Assembly (NCBI GenBank): GCA_965203905.1
Contig: CBDBDQ010000005.1
Span: forward strand, 3,968,001-4,032,000
From: Spirochaetia bacterium
Lineage (GTDB): Bacteria > Spirochaetota > Spirochaetia > SZUA-6 > Bin103
Direction of reading: 5' to 3'
Length of the DNA stretch: 64,000 nucleotides
Shown here one piece after another: positions 1 to 10,076 of the stretch. The notes beneath the pieces were generated by a model. The model made no database searches. It was not told the origin of the DNA and saw nothing but the letters and a program-made list of their open reading frames with translations. Every line of letters starts with the position of its first letter. Position 1 is the stretch's first letter. Made by a program: the position numbers and the translations under genes.

Positions 1-241
1 TATGCTCCAACGCGGCGCGCCACTCCGCGCCGTCGCGCGCGGTCAGCAGCCCGCCGGGACACAGCGCCAGCGCCCGGACCCCGTGATCTGCCAGCAGGCG
101 GGCGGCAGCGGGGGCGCCGATGGCGGCCAGCTTGTCGTGCCATACCGCGGTCAGGCGGATGCCGTGGCGTGCCAGGGCGGCCACGCAGGTGGCGAAGTCG
201 TGCCCGCCGAAGCTGATCTGGTGGACGCAGAGGTGTTTCAA
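1..241 (-). CDS. Sugar phosphate isomerase/epimerase (xylose-isomerase-like TIM barrel), N-terminal part; runs off window
   Basis: Manual translation MKHLCVHQISFGGHDFATCVAALARHGIRLTAVWHDKL...LCPGG; TTG start overlaps the SDR stop (TTGA). Confidence 0.65.
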   Translation of the reverse strand, partial: MKHLCVHQISFGGHDFATCVAALARHGIRLTAVWHDKLAAIGAPAAARLLADHGVRALALCPGGLLTARDGAEWRAALEH

Positions 242-945
242 TAGTCGGCCCGGCCGCCGGAGACGTCGAACACCGCCCCGGTGGTGAAGCCGCACTCCGG
301 GCTGGCGACGAAGCAGGTCATGGCGGCGATCTCGTCCACGGTGCAGAAGCGCCCCAGGGGAATGCGCGCCTTGCGGTCGGCGATGTATTCGGGCGCCATG
401 CCGACGAGGAATTCGGTCTCGGTCATGGCGGGGGCGATGCAGTTGGCCAGCACGCCGGAACGAGCGAGTTCCCGGGCCAGGGTCTTGGTGAGGCCGATCG
501 CTCCGGATTTGGCCGCGCCGTAGGCGATGGCGTCGGGGTTGGCCTCCTTGCCCGCGATCGAGGCGATGGTGACGATACGGCCGTAGCCGCGGGCGCGCAT
601 CCCCGGGACCAGCGCCCGCGAGCACAGGAACACCCCGGTGAGGTCGACCTCCAGGACCCGGTTCCACTCCTCCAGCGTGTACTCCCACATCGGCTTGGTG
701 GGCCCCCCCACGCCGGCGTTGTTGACCAGGATCTGCACCTCGCCGGCGGCCTTCGCCGCGCCCTCCACCGCCTCCTCGTCGGTGACGTCGACGCGGCGGA
801 AGCTGACGAAGCAAGGCTCGTCGGACAGCGTCAGGTCCCAGCCTTCCACCTGCGCTCCGGCGGCCTGCAGGTGGCGCGAGATCGCCAGGCCGATACCCCG
901 GGCGGCGCCGGTCACGATCGCTTTCTGGGCCGTCAAGTCGGGCAT
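238..945 (-). CDS. SDR family oxidoreductase (FabG-like)
   Basis: TGAARGIG, NNAG, YGAAK motifs; GAGGAG RBS before ATG at 945. Confidence 0.92.
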   Translation of the reverse strand: MPDLTAQKAIVTGAARGIGLAISRHLQAAGAQVEGWDLTLSDEPCFVSFRRVDVTDEEAVEGAAKAAGEVQILVNNAGVGGPTKPMWEYTLEEWNRVLEVDLTGVFLCSRALVPGMRARGYGRIVTIASIAGKEANPDAIAYGAAKSGAIGLTKTLARELARSGVLANCIAPAMTETEFLVGMAPEYIADRKARIPLGRFCTVDEIAAMTCFVASPECGFTTGAVFDVSGGRADY

Positions 946-1035
946 CTGCTCCTCCTCTCGGTGACGCTGCCGGCGTGTCCCGCTCCAGGTCGCCGTTGAC
1001 CCCGCACCACCGGGGCCGTACCCTCGGTGACCGGC

Positions 1036-1488
1036 ATGCCAGACTTCCACGTCAGCGTGGGCCAGGGCGCGGAGTTCACCAAGACCGTGGGCGAGACCGA
1101 CGTGTACCTGTTCGCCGGCGTGACCGGCGACTTTTCGCCGAACCACGTCAACCAGCGCTACATGGAACGCTCCAGCTATGGCACGCGCATGGCGCATGGT
1201 GCGCTGCTTGTGGGCTTCATGTCGACGGCATCCACCCTGGCGATCGCCGATACCCGTGCTGCCGACGAGACGCCGGTCTCGGTGGGCTACGACCGAGTCC
1301 GGTTCCTGCGCCCGGTGCTGTTGGGCGATACCATCACCGTGGCCTACACGATCGCTTCCATCGACCTGGGGCGGCGCCGCTCTACGGCGGACATCCGCGT
1401 TACCAACCAGCGTGACGAGCTGGTGGCCGTGGCGCAGCACATCCTGCAGTGGGTCGCGAACGAACCCTCCACCAGCGGCACCGCCTGA
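1036..1488 (+). CDS. MaoC family dehydratase
   Basis: FAGVTGDFSPNH, AHG and RFLRPVLLGDTI hot-dog fold motifs. Confidence 0.9.
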   Translation: MPDFHVSVGQGAEFTKTVGETDVYLFAGVTGDFSPNHVNQRYMERSSYGTRMAHGALLVGFMSTASTLAIADTRAADETPVSVGYDRVRFLRPVLLGDTITVAYTIASIDLGRRRSTADIRVTNQRDELVAVAQHILQWVANEPSTSGTA

Positions 1489-1591
1489 GCGGCCGCCGTA
1501 CGGGCCTGGTGCCGCGGGGTTCGATGCGGCGGGTACTCTGACCGATCCCTGCCGGCGGCGGAGCGCTACGCCTCACCGGTGCGTCTGGAAC

Positions 1592-2629
1592 TCACTCGAG
1601 GTGCACGGTGCGGCCCGTGCGGGACGCTTCGAACAGCGCCAGGGTGGCAGCCAGCGTGCGCTGGCCCTCACGCCCACTGATGCGGGGCGCTTCCTGTTTG
1701 CGGATCACGCGCGCGAAGTGGGCGATCTGCAGCGTGAATACGTCGGCTCGCGGCACGGCGACGGCAGACGCCGCGATCGGCCGCGACCAGCTTGCCGCTC
1801 CGTCGTGGCGCCACAGGGTGAGGCGCGGAAACTCCAGCGCCGCCTCGGTGCCGAGAAAGCGGTACGGGTTCTGGTCGTTCTCGACGAAGCGCGCCGGGTT
1901 CTCGCCGGAGGCCTGTTCCCAGCTCCAGGGCGATACCGCGGCATCGGACAGCACCATGGCCCCTACCGCTCCACCGGCGAAGTTCAGGGTCAGCGCCGCG
2001 CTGTCCTCGGTCGCGAAGCCGCGCACCGCACTGGAGGTGCAGCCGCCCACCGCGACGATCTCCCCCGCCAGGCAGCGCAGCAGGTCGATCTCGTGGATCA
2101 GGTTGATCAGCACCGGCCCGCCGCCCGGCGCGCGTCGCCACTTGGGCAGGAAGTAGTCGTCCGGCTTGCGCATGCACCAGATGCCGCTCACCGCCACCAG
2201 CCGCCCCAGTGCGCCATCGGCGAGCAGGCGCGCGGTCTCCGCGACCGCCGGGTTGTAGCGCCGGTGGTGCCCTACCAGCAGCGGTACGCCGCGCTCCTCC
2301 GCGGCTCGGTTGAGGCGCTTCGCGGCCTCCAGCGAGGCGCAGATCGGCTTCTCGATGAGCGTCGGCACCCCCGCGGCGACGCACTGCCGGCCGACCTCTT
2401 CGTGCAGCGCGGTAGGGGTCGCCACGATCGCGCCGTCGATCGGCTCAACGGCCAGCAGCTCGCCAGGCTCCCGGTAGTGGACGGCCTCGTGCTCGCGCGC
2501 CAGGGCCGCGGCCACCGGATGGGGATCCACCACCGCCGCCAGCCGGCAGTCCGGGTCGGCCCGCAGGTAGCCGGCGTGCTGGCGCCCCATCACCCCGGCG
2601 CCGATCACGGCGATGCGCAATGGGGTCAC
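1592..2629 (-). CDS. Gfo/Idh/MocA family oxidoreductase
   Basis: IAVIGAGVMG, EKP, GHHRRYNP, INLIHEID; GTG start overlaps the upstream stop. Confidence 0.9.
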   Translation of the reverse strand: MTPLRIAVIGAGVMGRQHAGYLRADPDCRLAAVVDPHPVAAALAREHEAVHYREPGELLAVEPIDGAIVATPTALHEEVGRQCVAAGVPTLIEKPICASLEAAKRLNRAAEERGVPLLVGHHRRYNPAVAETARLLADGALGRLVAVSGIWCMRKPDDYFLPKWRRAPGGGPVLINLIHEIDLLRCLAGEIVAVGGCTSSAVRGFATEDSAALTLNFAGGAVGAMVLSDAAVSPWSWEQASGENPARFVENDQNPYRFLGTEAALEFPRLTLWRHDGAASWSRPIAASAVAVPRADVFTLQIAHFARVIRKQEAPRISGREGQRTLAATLALFEASRTGRTVHLE

Positions 2630-4164
2630 TGCGACTGCTCCGTGAACAGCTCGGCGGCCATCAACCGGGGAGGGTGGGGCAGCAGCGGCCGGAACGCCAT
2701 GCGCCCCAGCACGTCCCCCTCCAGGTCCACGCCCGGAGCCACCTCGTCCAGCCGCACGCCCTCGGGGGTGAGGGTGAACACCGCGCGCTCGGTGACGTAG
2801 CGCACCACCTGGCCGCGGGCCGCGGCCTCGACACCGGAGAAGGTGATCTGCGCCACCCGGCGCACGAACTTGGCAATGGTGCCGTGGCGGTGCACGGCGA
2901 GGCGGCCGTTGCCGGGGCGCAGGTCCGCGCCCTTGGCCTCGAAGGTGCCGCAGAAGATCACGCTGCGGGCGTTGTCGGCGATGTCGACGAAGCCCCCCGG
3001 ACCGACGGTGAGCCCGCCGAGCTTGGAGGCGTTGACGTTGCCGCCGGCGTCCACCTCGCCGAACCCCAGAAAGGCCATGTCCAGACCCCCGCCGGAGTAG
3101 AAGTCGAACTGCGACGGCGCGTCGATCATCGCGCTGGGATTGCGGGCGAAACCGAACAGCGTGCCGGTCAGCAGGTCGCCCCCGTAGGTGCCGTGCTCGA
3201 TGGTCTGGTAGTAGCGCCCGGTCTCGCCGCGGGCGGCCACCAGCGCAGCCACTGCGTCGGGTATGCCGAAGCCGTAGTTGATCACCGCTCCTGGCCGCAG
3301 TTCGGCGTGCGCCCGCCGCGCCACCACCTGGCGCACGTCGAAGGGCGGCGGCGCCTGCGGCTCCACCGGCCGCCGCTTCTCGCCGGAGAGGGAAGGGTCG
3401 TAGTCGACGGCGTAACTCTGGCGCTGCTCCGGATCGAGCACGACTGCGTCCACGATCGCCCCCGGAATCCGCACCGCGCGCGCCGGCAAGGATCCGTTCG
3501 GCACCAGTTCCTTCACCTGCACGATTACCGTGCCGCCGCTGTTGTGGGCGGCCGCGGCCATGGCGTAGAGGTCCACGTTGGCCGGCTCCTGGTCCAGGCA
3601 GACGTTGCCCTCGGCGTCGGCGCGCGAGCCCTTCAGCAGGGCCACGTGGATCGGGAACGGCCGGTAACGCAGCAGCGGGCGGCCGTCGATCTCCACCCGC
3701 TCCACCAGCTCCTCGCGGGCGCTGGCGTTGAGCCGGCCACCCTCCTGGCGGGGGTCGGCGAAGGTGCCGAGGCCGACGTGGGTGAACAGGCCGGGACGCC
3801 CGGCCGCGATCTCCCGCAGCAGTTGCATGATCACCCCGCCGGGCAGCACGTAGGCCTCGATCTTCTCCGCCCGCGCCAACTCCTGCATGCGCGGCGACCA
3901 CACCCAGTGGCCGCCGATCACCCGCCGCACCATGCCCTCGTGGGCGAAGCAGTTCATGCCGCGGGTCTCGCGGTCGCCGATCCCGAGCGCGTGCACGCAG
4001 GTGAGCCCGCGCGGGCGGCCGCTGGCGAGGAAGCGCCGCTCCACCGCCCGGTGCAGGGTGGTGGCCTCGCACAGCCCGCCGCCGCCTCCCACCAGCCCCA
4101 CGGTGGCTCCATCCTCGATCAGTGCCACCGCGGCCTCGGCCTCCATCACCTTGTGCGGCTTCAT
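2626..4164 (-). CDS. Acyl-CoA:acetate/3-ketoacid CoA transferase (YdiF/Pct-like)
   Basis: THVGLGTFADPR, INYGFGIP, FDFYSGGGLD, GGFVDI, YVTERAVF. Confidence 0.9.
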   Translation of the reverse strand: MKPHKVMEAEAAVALIEDGATVGLVGGGGGLCEATTLHRAVERRFLASGRPRGLTCVHALGIGDRETRGMNCFAHEGMVRRVIGGHWVWSPRMQELARAEKIEAYVLPGGVIMQLLREIAAGRPGLFTHVGLGTFADPRQEGGRLNASAREELVERVEIDGRPLLRYRPFPIHVALLKGSRADAEGNVCLDQEPANVDLYAMAAAAHNSGGTVIVQVKELVPNGSLPARAVRIPGAIVDAVVLDPEQRQSYAVDYDPSLSGEKRRPVEPQAPPPFDVRQVVARRAHAELRPGAVINYGFGIPDAVAALVAARGETGRYYQTIEHGTYGGDLLTGTLFGFARNPSAMIDAPSQFDFYSGGGLDMAFLGFGEVDAGGNVNASKLGGLTVGPGGFVDIADNARSVIFCGTFEAKGADLRPGNGRLAVHRHGTIAKFVRRVAQITFSGVEAAARGQVVRYVTERAVFTLTPEGVRLDEVAPGVDLEGDVLGRMAFRPLLPHPPRLMAAELFTEQSQ

Positions 4165-4267
4165 TCTCCTCCTCTCCGGAGCCACGGGAACGTCAACCTA
4201 TCCGGGGCTGCAAGGTGTGTCGAGGTGTGTATCGGCATCTGAAAGGCGAATCAGCGGCGGCTTTGCG

Positions 4268-4296
4268 TTGACCATACGATAATTTCAACATATAAA
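4268..4296 (+). promoter_or_regulatory. Sigma70-type promoter of the mazEF-like operon, probably leaderless
   Basis: TTGACC-17 nt-TATAAA, 6 nt before the ATG at 4303. Confidence 0.6.
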
Positions 4297-4302
4297 GTCC
4301 AC

Positions 4303-4536
4303 ATGAAGGCCATACAAGTCATGTTCGACGAGACGTTGCTGGCGCGGCTCGATGCATCCGAAGACGTGCGACGAGACGGACGCTCGGCCGTGCTGCGTCG
4401 GGCGGCGGAGCAATTCCTGCATCGCCGGGAGCAGGAGTTGATCGATGAGCAATACCGCACGGCGTACGAGGGCGTCGACGTTCTGGATGCCGAGTTCGCG
4501 GACTGGGAGCACCAAGGCGCGTGGCCAGAGAACTGA
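4303..4536 (+). CDS. Ribbon-helix-helix (CopG-like) antitoxin
   Basis: MKAIQVMFDETLLARLD...RSAVLRRA; acidic C-terminus; overlaps the toxin gene. Confidence 0.8.
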   Translation: MKAIQVMFDETLLARLDASEDVRRDGRSAVLRRAAEQFLHRREQELIDEQYRTAYEGVDVLDAEFADWEHQGAWPEN

Positions 4537-4847
4537 ACCGGGGCGAAATCTGGCTCTATACGTTCAAAGCTCCGGACAAGCGTCGCCCGGTGTTGATCAT
4601 CAGTCGGCAGGCGGCAATCCGGTTCCTGCGAACCGTGGTGGTGGCTCCAGTTACCTCGACCATACACGGTTCTCCGGCCGAAGTGGAGGTGGGATTCGAC
4701 GAGGGGCTCAAGCACCGGTCGGCTGTCAATCTCGATCACATACAGACGGTGGACAAGTCGCTCCTCCGCCAGTTCGTCGGGACGCTGGATGCTGCCGCCA
4801 TGCGCAAGGTCTGCCGGGCTGTCGCCGTCGCTACGGGCTGCGCCTGA
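4521..4847 (+). CDS. mazF: PemK/MazF family toxin
   Basis: RGEIW...KRRPVLIIS...VVVAPVTS...DHIQTVDK. Confidence 0.9.
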   Translation: MARELNRGEIWLYTFKAPDKRRPVLIISRQAAIRFLRTVVVAPVTSTIHGSPAEVEVGFDEGLKHRSAVNLDHIQTVDKSLLRQFVGTLDAAAMRKVCRAVAVATGCA

Positions 4848-4975
4848 GGGGCGCGAAACGGCGCGTCAGGCCTTCCCGGAGATGCGACGATGGTCTACGG
4901 TCGAACGCAGTGGCTGAACCGGGGCACGGGGGTAACGCCGGTCTGACCGGGCGGTCCGTGAATGCGAGGATAGTC

Positions 4976-5743
4976 ATGGCGTTTCCCATGAGGGTGGACC
5001 TGGAGGGCAAGGTGGCGGTGGTGACCGGCGGCGGCACCGGTATCGGGCAGGCGATCAGTCGCGGCTTGGCGCGTTGCGGTGCGGCGGTGGTGGTGGGCTA
5101 TCGCGAGAGCGCCGCGGAGGCGGAGGCGACCGTGACCGCGATCGAGGCGGAGGGCGGCCGCGCCTCTACCTGCACCGCCGACGTCGGCGACGAGGCCCAG
5201 GTGGGTGCGCTGATGGACCGCGCCGCGGAGCGTTATGGAGGGCTGGACATCCTGGTGGCCAACGCCGGCGTCACCGCCACGCCGCGGACCACCGCCGAGC
5301 TGCCGGCGGAGGAGTGGGAGGCGATTATCCGCACCAACTGCACCGGCGTGTTCTACTCGGTCAAGCAGGCGCTGCGCCATCTGCCGGATGACGGGCGCAT
5401 CATCGTCACCTCTTCGATCAGCGGGCGCAGCGGTGCCGGCCCCGGGGCGTTGAGCTACGCCGCGGCCAAGGGGGCGGTCAACAACATGATCCGCAACTGG
5501 ACCCGCGAGCTGGCGCCGCGCGGCATCACCGTGAACGCCATCGCTCCCGGCATCATCTGGACCCGCATCCACGAGCGCGGCACTCCCCCGGACGAGTATC
5601 GCAAGCTGATCGAGCGCGTCCCGCTCGGCCGCGACGGCACCCCGGAAGACTGCGTCGGCGGCGTGCTGCTGCTGGCCAGCAGGGAGGGCTCCTACATCAC
5701 CGGCCAGACCATCGAAATAAACGGCGGCATGCAGATGCCCTGA
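4976..5743 (+). CDS. SDR family oxidoreductase
   Basis: VTGGGTGIG, ANAG, YAAAK, ITGQTIEINGG. Confidence 0.92.
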   Translation: MAFPMRVDLEGKVAVVTGGGTGIGQAISRGLARCGAAVVVGYRESAAEAEATVTAIEAEGGRASTCTADVGDEAQVGALMDRAAERYGGLDILVANAGVTATPRTTAELPAEEWEAIIRTNCTGVFYSVKQALRHLPDDGRIIVTSSISGRSGAGPGALSYAAAKGAVNNMIRNWTRELAPRGITVNAIAPGIIWTRIHERGTPPDEYRKLIERVPLGRDGTPEDCVGGVLLLASREGSYITGQTIEINGGMQMP

Positions 5744-5814
5744 TCGGACGCCTGTATGCCGCCTTCATGCAAACCCGGCGGGGCGGGCGCCCTCAGGCGC
5801 CGGCCCCGGGCAGG

Positions 5815-7815
5815 TCAGAAGAACAGGACCTGCGGGCGCGAGATATCGGTGCGGTGGTAGGCCAGGAAGCGGGTCGGCACGTTCTGCAGGTCGGCGTTGT
5901 ACATGATGGTGTAGCCGGGGTGGTTCATGATGCCGATGGTCCACAGGTTCTCCGCCGCTATTTCGGTGATCCGCTTCATCGACGCGGCACGCACGTCCCA
6001 GTCCAGGTTCTCCTTCACCTTCCAGTACTCGTCGATCGCTTCGCGAATGATCGCCGGCGGCTCCTCGCCGCGCTCGCCGTTGCTGGTGAACCAGTCGGTC
6101 CACTTCTGCGCCCAGAAGCCGCGCAGGTAGGGGATGCCGAGTGACGCCGCCTGGTAGTAGATGCCCTCGTTGGTGCCCCAGTTGTACGGGTCGTACACCA
6201 GCTCCAGCTCGTTGTTGACGCGCATCTGCCCGAACGCTCCCCACTCCAGCACGCGCGTGTTGATGGCGAGGCCCACGTCCTTCAGGTTGGAGACCACGAT
6301 CTCGGCCGCCGCCTCGTGGTCGCCGGCCGCCATCACCATGTTGATCTCCAGCCGCTTGCCGTCCGGGCGCAGCCGGTAGCCGTCGGCGTCGCGCTCGCTC
6401 AGTCCGGCCTTGTCGAGCAGCTCATTGGCCAGGTCCGGGTCGTACTCCAGCGCCGTGTTGCACAGGTTGGCGTCGTAGAACGGTGACGCCTCGCTCCAGC
6501 ACGACTGCTGCGGCTTGGTCAGCCCGTAGTACTCCAGCTTGATGATCTGCTCGCGGTTGATGGCGTGGGACACGCCGAAGCGGAAGTCGCGGTTCTGGAA
6601 GATCGGCCGCAGCACCGGATCGTCGCTGGTGAGGTTGAACTCCAGCAATCCGCCGTTGGTGCCCGAGTGGCCGTGCCGGGTCACCCTGATCTTGCCCTCG
6701 CGCTCCTGCTCCTTGGCCACGGGGAACATGGCAACGCCCTCGTTGGAGAACCAGTCGGTCTCGCCGTTGAGCGCCTTCAGCTTGGCGACCTCCAGGTCGA
6801 CGCCAGTCTCCAACTGCACGGTGTCGAAGTAGGGGAGCTGCTGGCCGGCCAGGTCAACCGCCCAGTAGTAGGGGTTGCGCTCGAAGATCACCGTCTTGTT
6901 GGGGACCGGAACGATCACCCGCCACGGCGTCAGCACCGGCTTGTCGATGTTGTTCTTCTGCTCCCAGCGGTCTTCCTTGTTGCGGAACAGCTCGGTCCAG
7001 GTGTTGAAGCCCGACTCCTTCACCAGCGCATCGAGGTCGTCGTTGTACTTGGGATGGAACTGCTTCAGGTAGTGGGCCGGCAGGTAGGTGCTCAGCGCCA
7101 TCAGGTCGAAGATGTTCTCCCCCATCAGGTAGGGGAAGTCGAACACGTACTGGAACGTGTACTCGTCGATGATGTTCTGGCCCCCCGAGGTGCCGTCCTT
7201 CTGCACCAGGTTCTCGAACACGTTGGGGTTGAGCTCTCGGTTGGAGGCGTCGTCCTCGAACCAGAAGCGCACGTCCTCGGTGGTGAACGGATGCCCGTCC
7301 GACCACATCATCCCGCGGCGCAACTCGAAGGTCCAGACCCTGGCGCCGTCGGATGGCGTCGCCGATTTGAACACCTGGGGATAAGCATGGGAGAAGTTGT
7401 AGGGGTTGGACATGCCCATGGCGTGATTGCTGTGGGCGATGCCGATCCAGCCCTTGTCGACCATCTGGAACTTCTCGGTGTAGCGCCCGATCTGCTTTAC
7501 CTCGGAGAGCGGCAGCAGCACCAGCGGATCTTCGCTGATGCGGTCCTCCACCGGCGGCAGCTCGCCGGCGGCGACCAGCGCGGCCAGCATCGGCGCCTCG
7601 GTGTAGGGCGGGATGGTCAGGCCGGTCTTGGCCTGGTACTCGGCCGGGGTGGCGAAGACGACCGCGTCACCGGCCGCGTCCACGGTCGACTGCGGGATCA
7701 CCTCGCCGACGGGGGCGCCCATGGCGGCTCCACCCCCCTCCTCCTCGCCCGAGGCCACGGCCATCGTAGCCACCAGGGCAATCGTCAGCGGAATCAGTAG
7801 TGCGAGCTTTTTCAT
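5815..7815 (-). CDS. ABC transporter substrate-binding protein, family 5
   Basis: Signal peptide; LPPVEDRI, WSDGHPFTTEDV, RNPYYWAVD..GQQLPYFD. Confidence 0.92.
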   Translation of the reverse strand: MKKLALLIPLTIALVATMAVASGEEEGGGAAMGAPVGEVIPQSTVDAAGDAVVFATPAEYQAKTGLTIPPYTEAPMLAALVAAGELPPVEDRISEDPLVLLPLSEVKQIGRYTEKFQMVDKGWIGIAHSNHAMGMSNPYNFSHAYPQVFKSATPSDGARVWTFELRRGMMWSDGHPFTTEDVRFWFEDDASNRELNPNVFENLVQKDGTSGGQNIIDEYTFQYVFDFPYLMGENIFDLMALSTYLPAHYLKQFHPKYNDDLDALVKESGFNTWTELFRNKEDRWEQKNNIDKPVLTPWRVIVPVPNKTVIFERNPYYWAVDLAGQQLPYFDTVQLETGVDLEVAKLKALNGETDWFSNEGVAMFPVAKEQEREGKIRVTRHGHSGTNGGLLEFNLTSDDPVLRPIFQNRDFRFGVSHAINREQIIKLEYYGLTKPQQSCWSEASPFYDANLCNTALEYDPDLANELLDKAGLSERDADGYRLRPDGKRLEINMVMAAGDHEAAAEIVVSNLKDVGLAINTRVLEWGAFGQMRVNNELELVYDPYNWGTNEGIYYQAASLGIPYLRGFWAQKWTDWFTSNGERGEEPPAIIREAIDEYWKVKENLDWDVRAASMKRITEIAAENLWTIGIMNHPGYTIMYNADLQNVPTRFLAYHRTDISRPQVLFF

Positions 7816-7903
7816 GCACGCCTCCTTGCCAGTAGTATCTGTTCAGGCTTCCATGGCAGCCGGCGGTTGTCAAGCTCGGCGTTGGGCGCCGGGCGCGACG
7901 GCG

Positions 7904-7932
7904 TTGACAGCGCGGCGGGGCGGCCATAGCAT
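7904..7932 (+). promoter_or_regulatory. Sigma70-type promoter of the permease operon
   Basis: TTGACA-17 nt-TAGCAT, 9 nt before the ATG at 7942. Confidence 0.55.
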
Positions 7933-7941
7933 CGGGGCTCC

Positions 7942-8925
7942 ATGGGGGCATACATCGCGCGTCGGGTCATGATCATGCTCCCGACCCTGGTACTGATTTC
8001 GATTCTGGCGTTCCTGGTCATCGAGTTGCCGCCGGGCGACTACGTGACCAGCTACGTGCAGACGCTGATGACCGCCGGCCGCCAGGTGGACGACGCGCTG
8101 ATCGAGAACATCCGCCACGCCTACGGCCTGGATCGCCCGGTCACCGTGCGCTACTTCCTGTGGATTTCGCGGCTGGTGCGCGGCGACTTCGGCTTTTCGC
8201 TGTTCTTCAAGGCCTCCGTGGGCGAGATGCTGGCGCTGCGCTTGCCGATGACCTTCCTGATCACGCTGCTGTCGCTGGCCTTCTCGTGGGTGGTGGCGTT
8301 TCCGATCGGAGTCTACTCGGCGGTGCGGCAGTACTCGTTCGGCGACTACTTCTGGACCGTGCTCGGATTCCTCGGGCTGGCGACGCCCAACTTCCTGCTG
8401 GCGCTGGTGCTGATGTTCGTGGCCGCCAGGTACTTGAACACCAGCGTCGGCGGGCTGTTCTCCCCGGAGTTCGAGAGCGCGGTGTTCAGCCTGGGCAAGC
8501 TGTGGGACTTCCTCAAGCACGTGTGGGTGCCGATGGTGGTGGTCGGCACCGCCGGCACCGCCAGCCTGATCCGCATCCTGCGCGCCAACCTGCTCGACGA
8601 GCTCAAGAAACCCTACGTCGAGATGCAGCGCGCCAAGGGCGTGCCCGAGGGCAGGCTGATCATCAGGTACCCGTTGCGGATCGCGGTGAATCCCTTCATC
8701 TCCAGCATCGGCTGGATCCTGCCGCAGTTCGTCTCCGGCACCGTGATCACCGCCGTGGTGCTGAATCTGCCCACTGCCGGCCCGCTGTTCCTGCAGGCGG
8801 TACGGGCCCAGGACATGCCGCTGGCAGGCGCCTTCATCATGCTGACCGGTTTCATGACCATCGTCGGCATGCTGGTGTCCGACATCGTGCTGGCGATCGT
8901 CGACCCGCGTATCCGGTACGGCTGA
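7942..8925 (+). CDS. ABC transporter permease (DppB/OppB-like)
   Basis: LPPGD, GDFGFS, RAKG EAA-like loop, DPRIRY end. Confidence 0.92.
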   Translation: MGAYIARRVMIMLPTLVLISILAFLVIELPPGDYVTSYVQTLMTAGRQVDDALIENIRHAYGLDRPVTVRYFLWISRLVRGDFGFSLFFKASVGEMLALRLPMTFLITLLSLAFSWVVAFPIGVYSAVRQYSFGDYFWTVLGFLGLATPNFLLALVLMFVAARYLNTSVGGLFSPEFESAVFSLGKLWDFLKHVWVPMVVVGTAGTASLIRILRANLLDELKKPYVEMQRAKGVPEGRLIIRYPLRIAVNPFISSIGWILPQFVSGTVITAVVLNLPTAGPLFLQAVRAQDMPLAGAFIMLTGFMTIVGMLVSDIVLAIVDPRIRYG

Positions 8926-8927
8926 CG

Positions 8928-10049
8928 GTGGCGGACAACACCGGCATTCTGGCGTACGAGGTCGAACGGTCGGTATTCACCGCCAGCCAGTGGCGTCTGG
9001 TATGGCTCACCTTCGTCCGCCACAAGCTGGCGGTGGCCAGCGCCGTGTTCCTGATCCTGGGCTATTTCAGCTCCGCCTTCGCCGACTTCGTGGCGCCCTA
9101 TCCCACCGACTTCCGCAACGACGACGCACCCTTCGTGCCGCCGATGCGGGTGCACCTGCGCGACACCGACGGCCGCTTTCACCGGCCGTTCGTCTACGCC
9201 CTGGAGCTGGAGCGCGATCCGGTGACCCTGCGGCCGCGCTTCCGGGAGGTCACCGATCGCCGCTACCCGATCCGCTTCCTGGTGCGGGGAGCAGAGTACG
9301 AGATGTGGGGCCTGGTCCGCTCGCGGCTGCACCTGTTCGGCGTGGACGAGGGCGCCTACTACTACCTGCTGGGCACCGACAAGCAGGGTCGCGACATCCT
9401 GACGCGGACCGTGTTCGCGGGGCGCATCTCGCTGACCATCGGCCTGCTCGGGGTGACCATCAGCTTCGTGCTGGCGATCGTGTTCGGCAGCATCTCTGGC
9501 TACTTCGGCGGCGTACCCGACATGGTGATCCAGCGCATCATCGAGGTGCTGACGTCGCTGCCGCAACTCCCCCTGTGGATGGCGCTGGCGGCAGCGATCC
9601 CGATCAACTGGCCGATCGAGCGGGTGTTCTTTGCCATCACCGTCATCCTGTCCCTGATCAGTTGGCCGGGGCTGGCGCGGGAGGTGCGCGGCAAGGTGCT
9701 GGCGCTGCGCGAGACCGACTACGTGACCGCGGCCCGGATCGATAATGCCGGCACGCCGCGGCTGCTGTTCCAGTACCTGGTGCCCGGCGTGCTCAGCCAC
9801 CTGATCGCCTCGCTCACGCTGGCGATCCCGAACATGATCCTGGGCGAGACCGCGCTCAGCTTCCTGGGCGTGGGACTGCGCGCCCCGGCGATAAGCTGGG
9901 GCGTGCTGCTGCAGCAGGCGCAGAACATCCAGACCGTGGCGCTGTCGCCGTGGCTGATGACGCCGGTGTTCGCCGTGATCCTGGTGATCCTGGCCTTCAA
10001 CTTCGTCGGCGACGGCCTGCGCGACGCCGCCGACCCCTACAAGAGCTGA
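8928..10049 (+). CDS. ABC transporter permease (DppC/OppC-like)
   Basis: LGTDKQGRD, ETALSFLGVG, GDGLRDAADP. Confidence 0.92.
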   Translation: MADNTGILAYEVERSVFTASQWRLVWLTFVRHKLAVASAVFLILGYFSSAFADFVAPYPTDFRNDDAPFVPPMRVHLRDTDGRFHRPFVYALELERDPVTLRPRFREVTDRRYPIRFLVRGAEYEMWGLVRSRLHLFGVDEGAYYYLLGTDKQGRDILTRTVFAGRISLTIGLLGVTISFVLAIVFGSISGYFGGVPDMVIQRIIEVLTSLPQLPLWMALAAAIPINWPIERVFFAITVILSLISWPGLAREVRGKVLALRETDYVTAARIDNAGTPRLLFQYLVPGVLSHLIASLTLAIPNMILGETALSFLGVGLRAPAISWGVLLQQAQNIQTVALSPWLMTPVFAVILVILAFNFVGDGLRDAADPYKS

Positions 10050-10076
10050 GGGGGCGGGTTGCCGGCCCTTGCCGGC

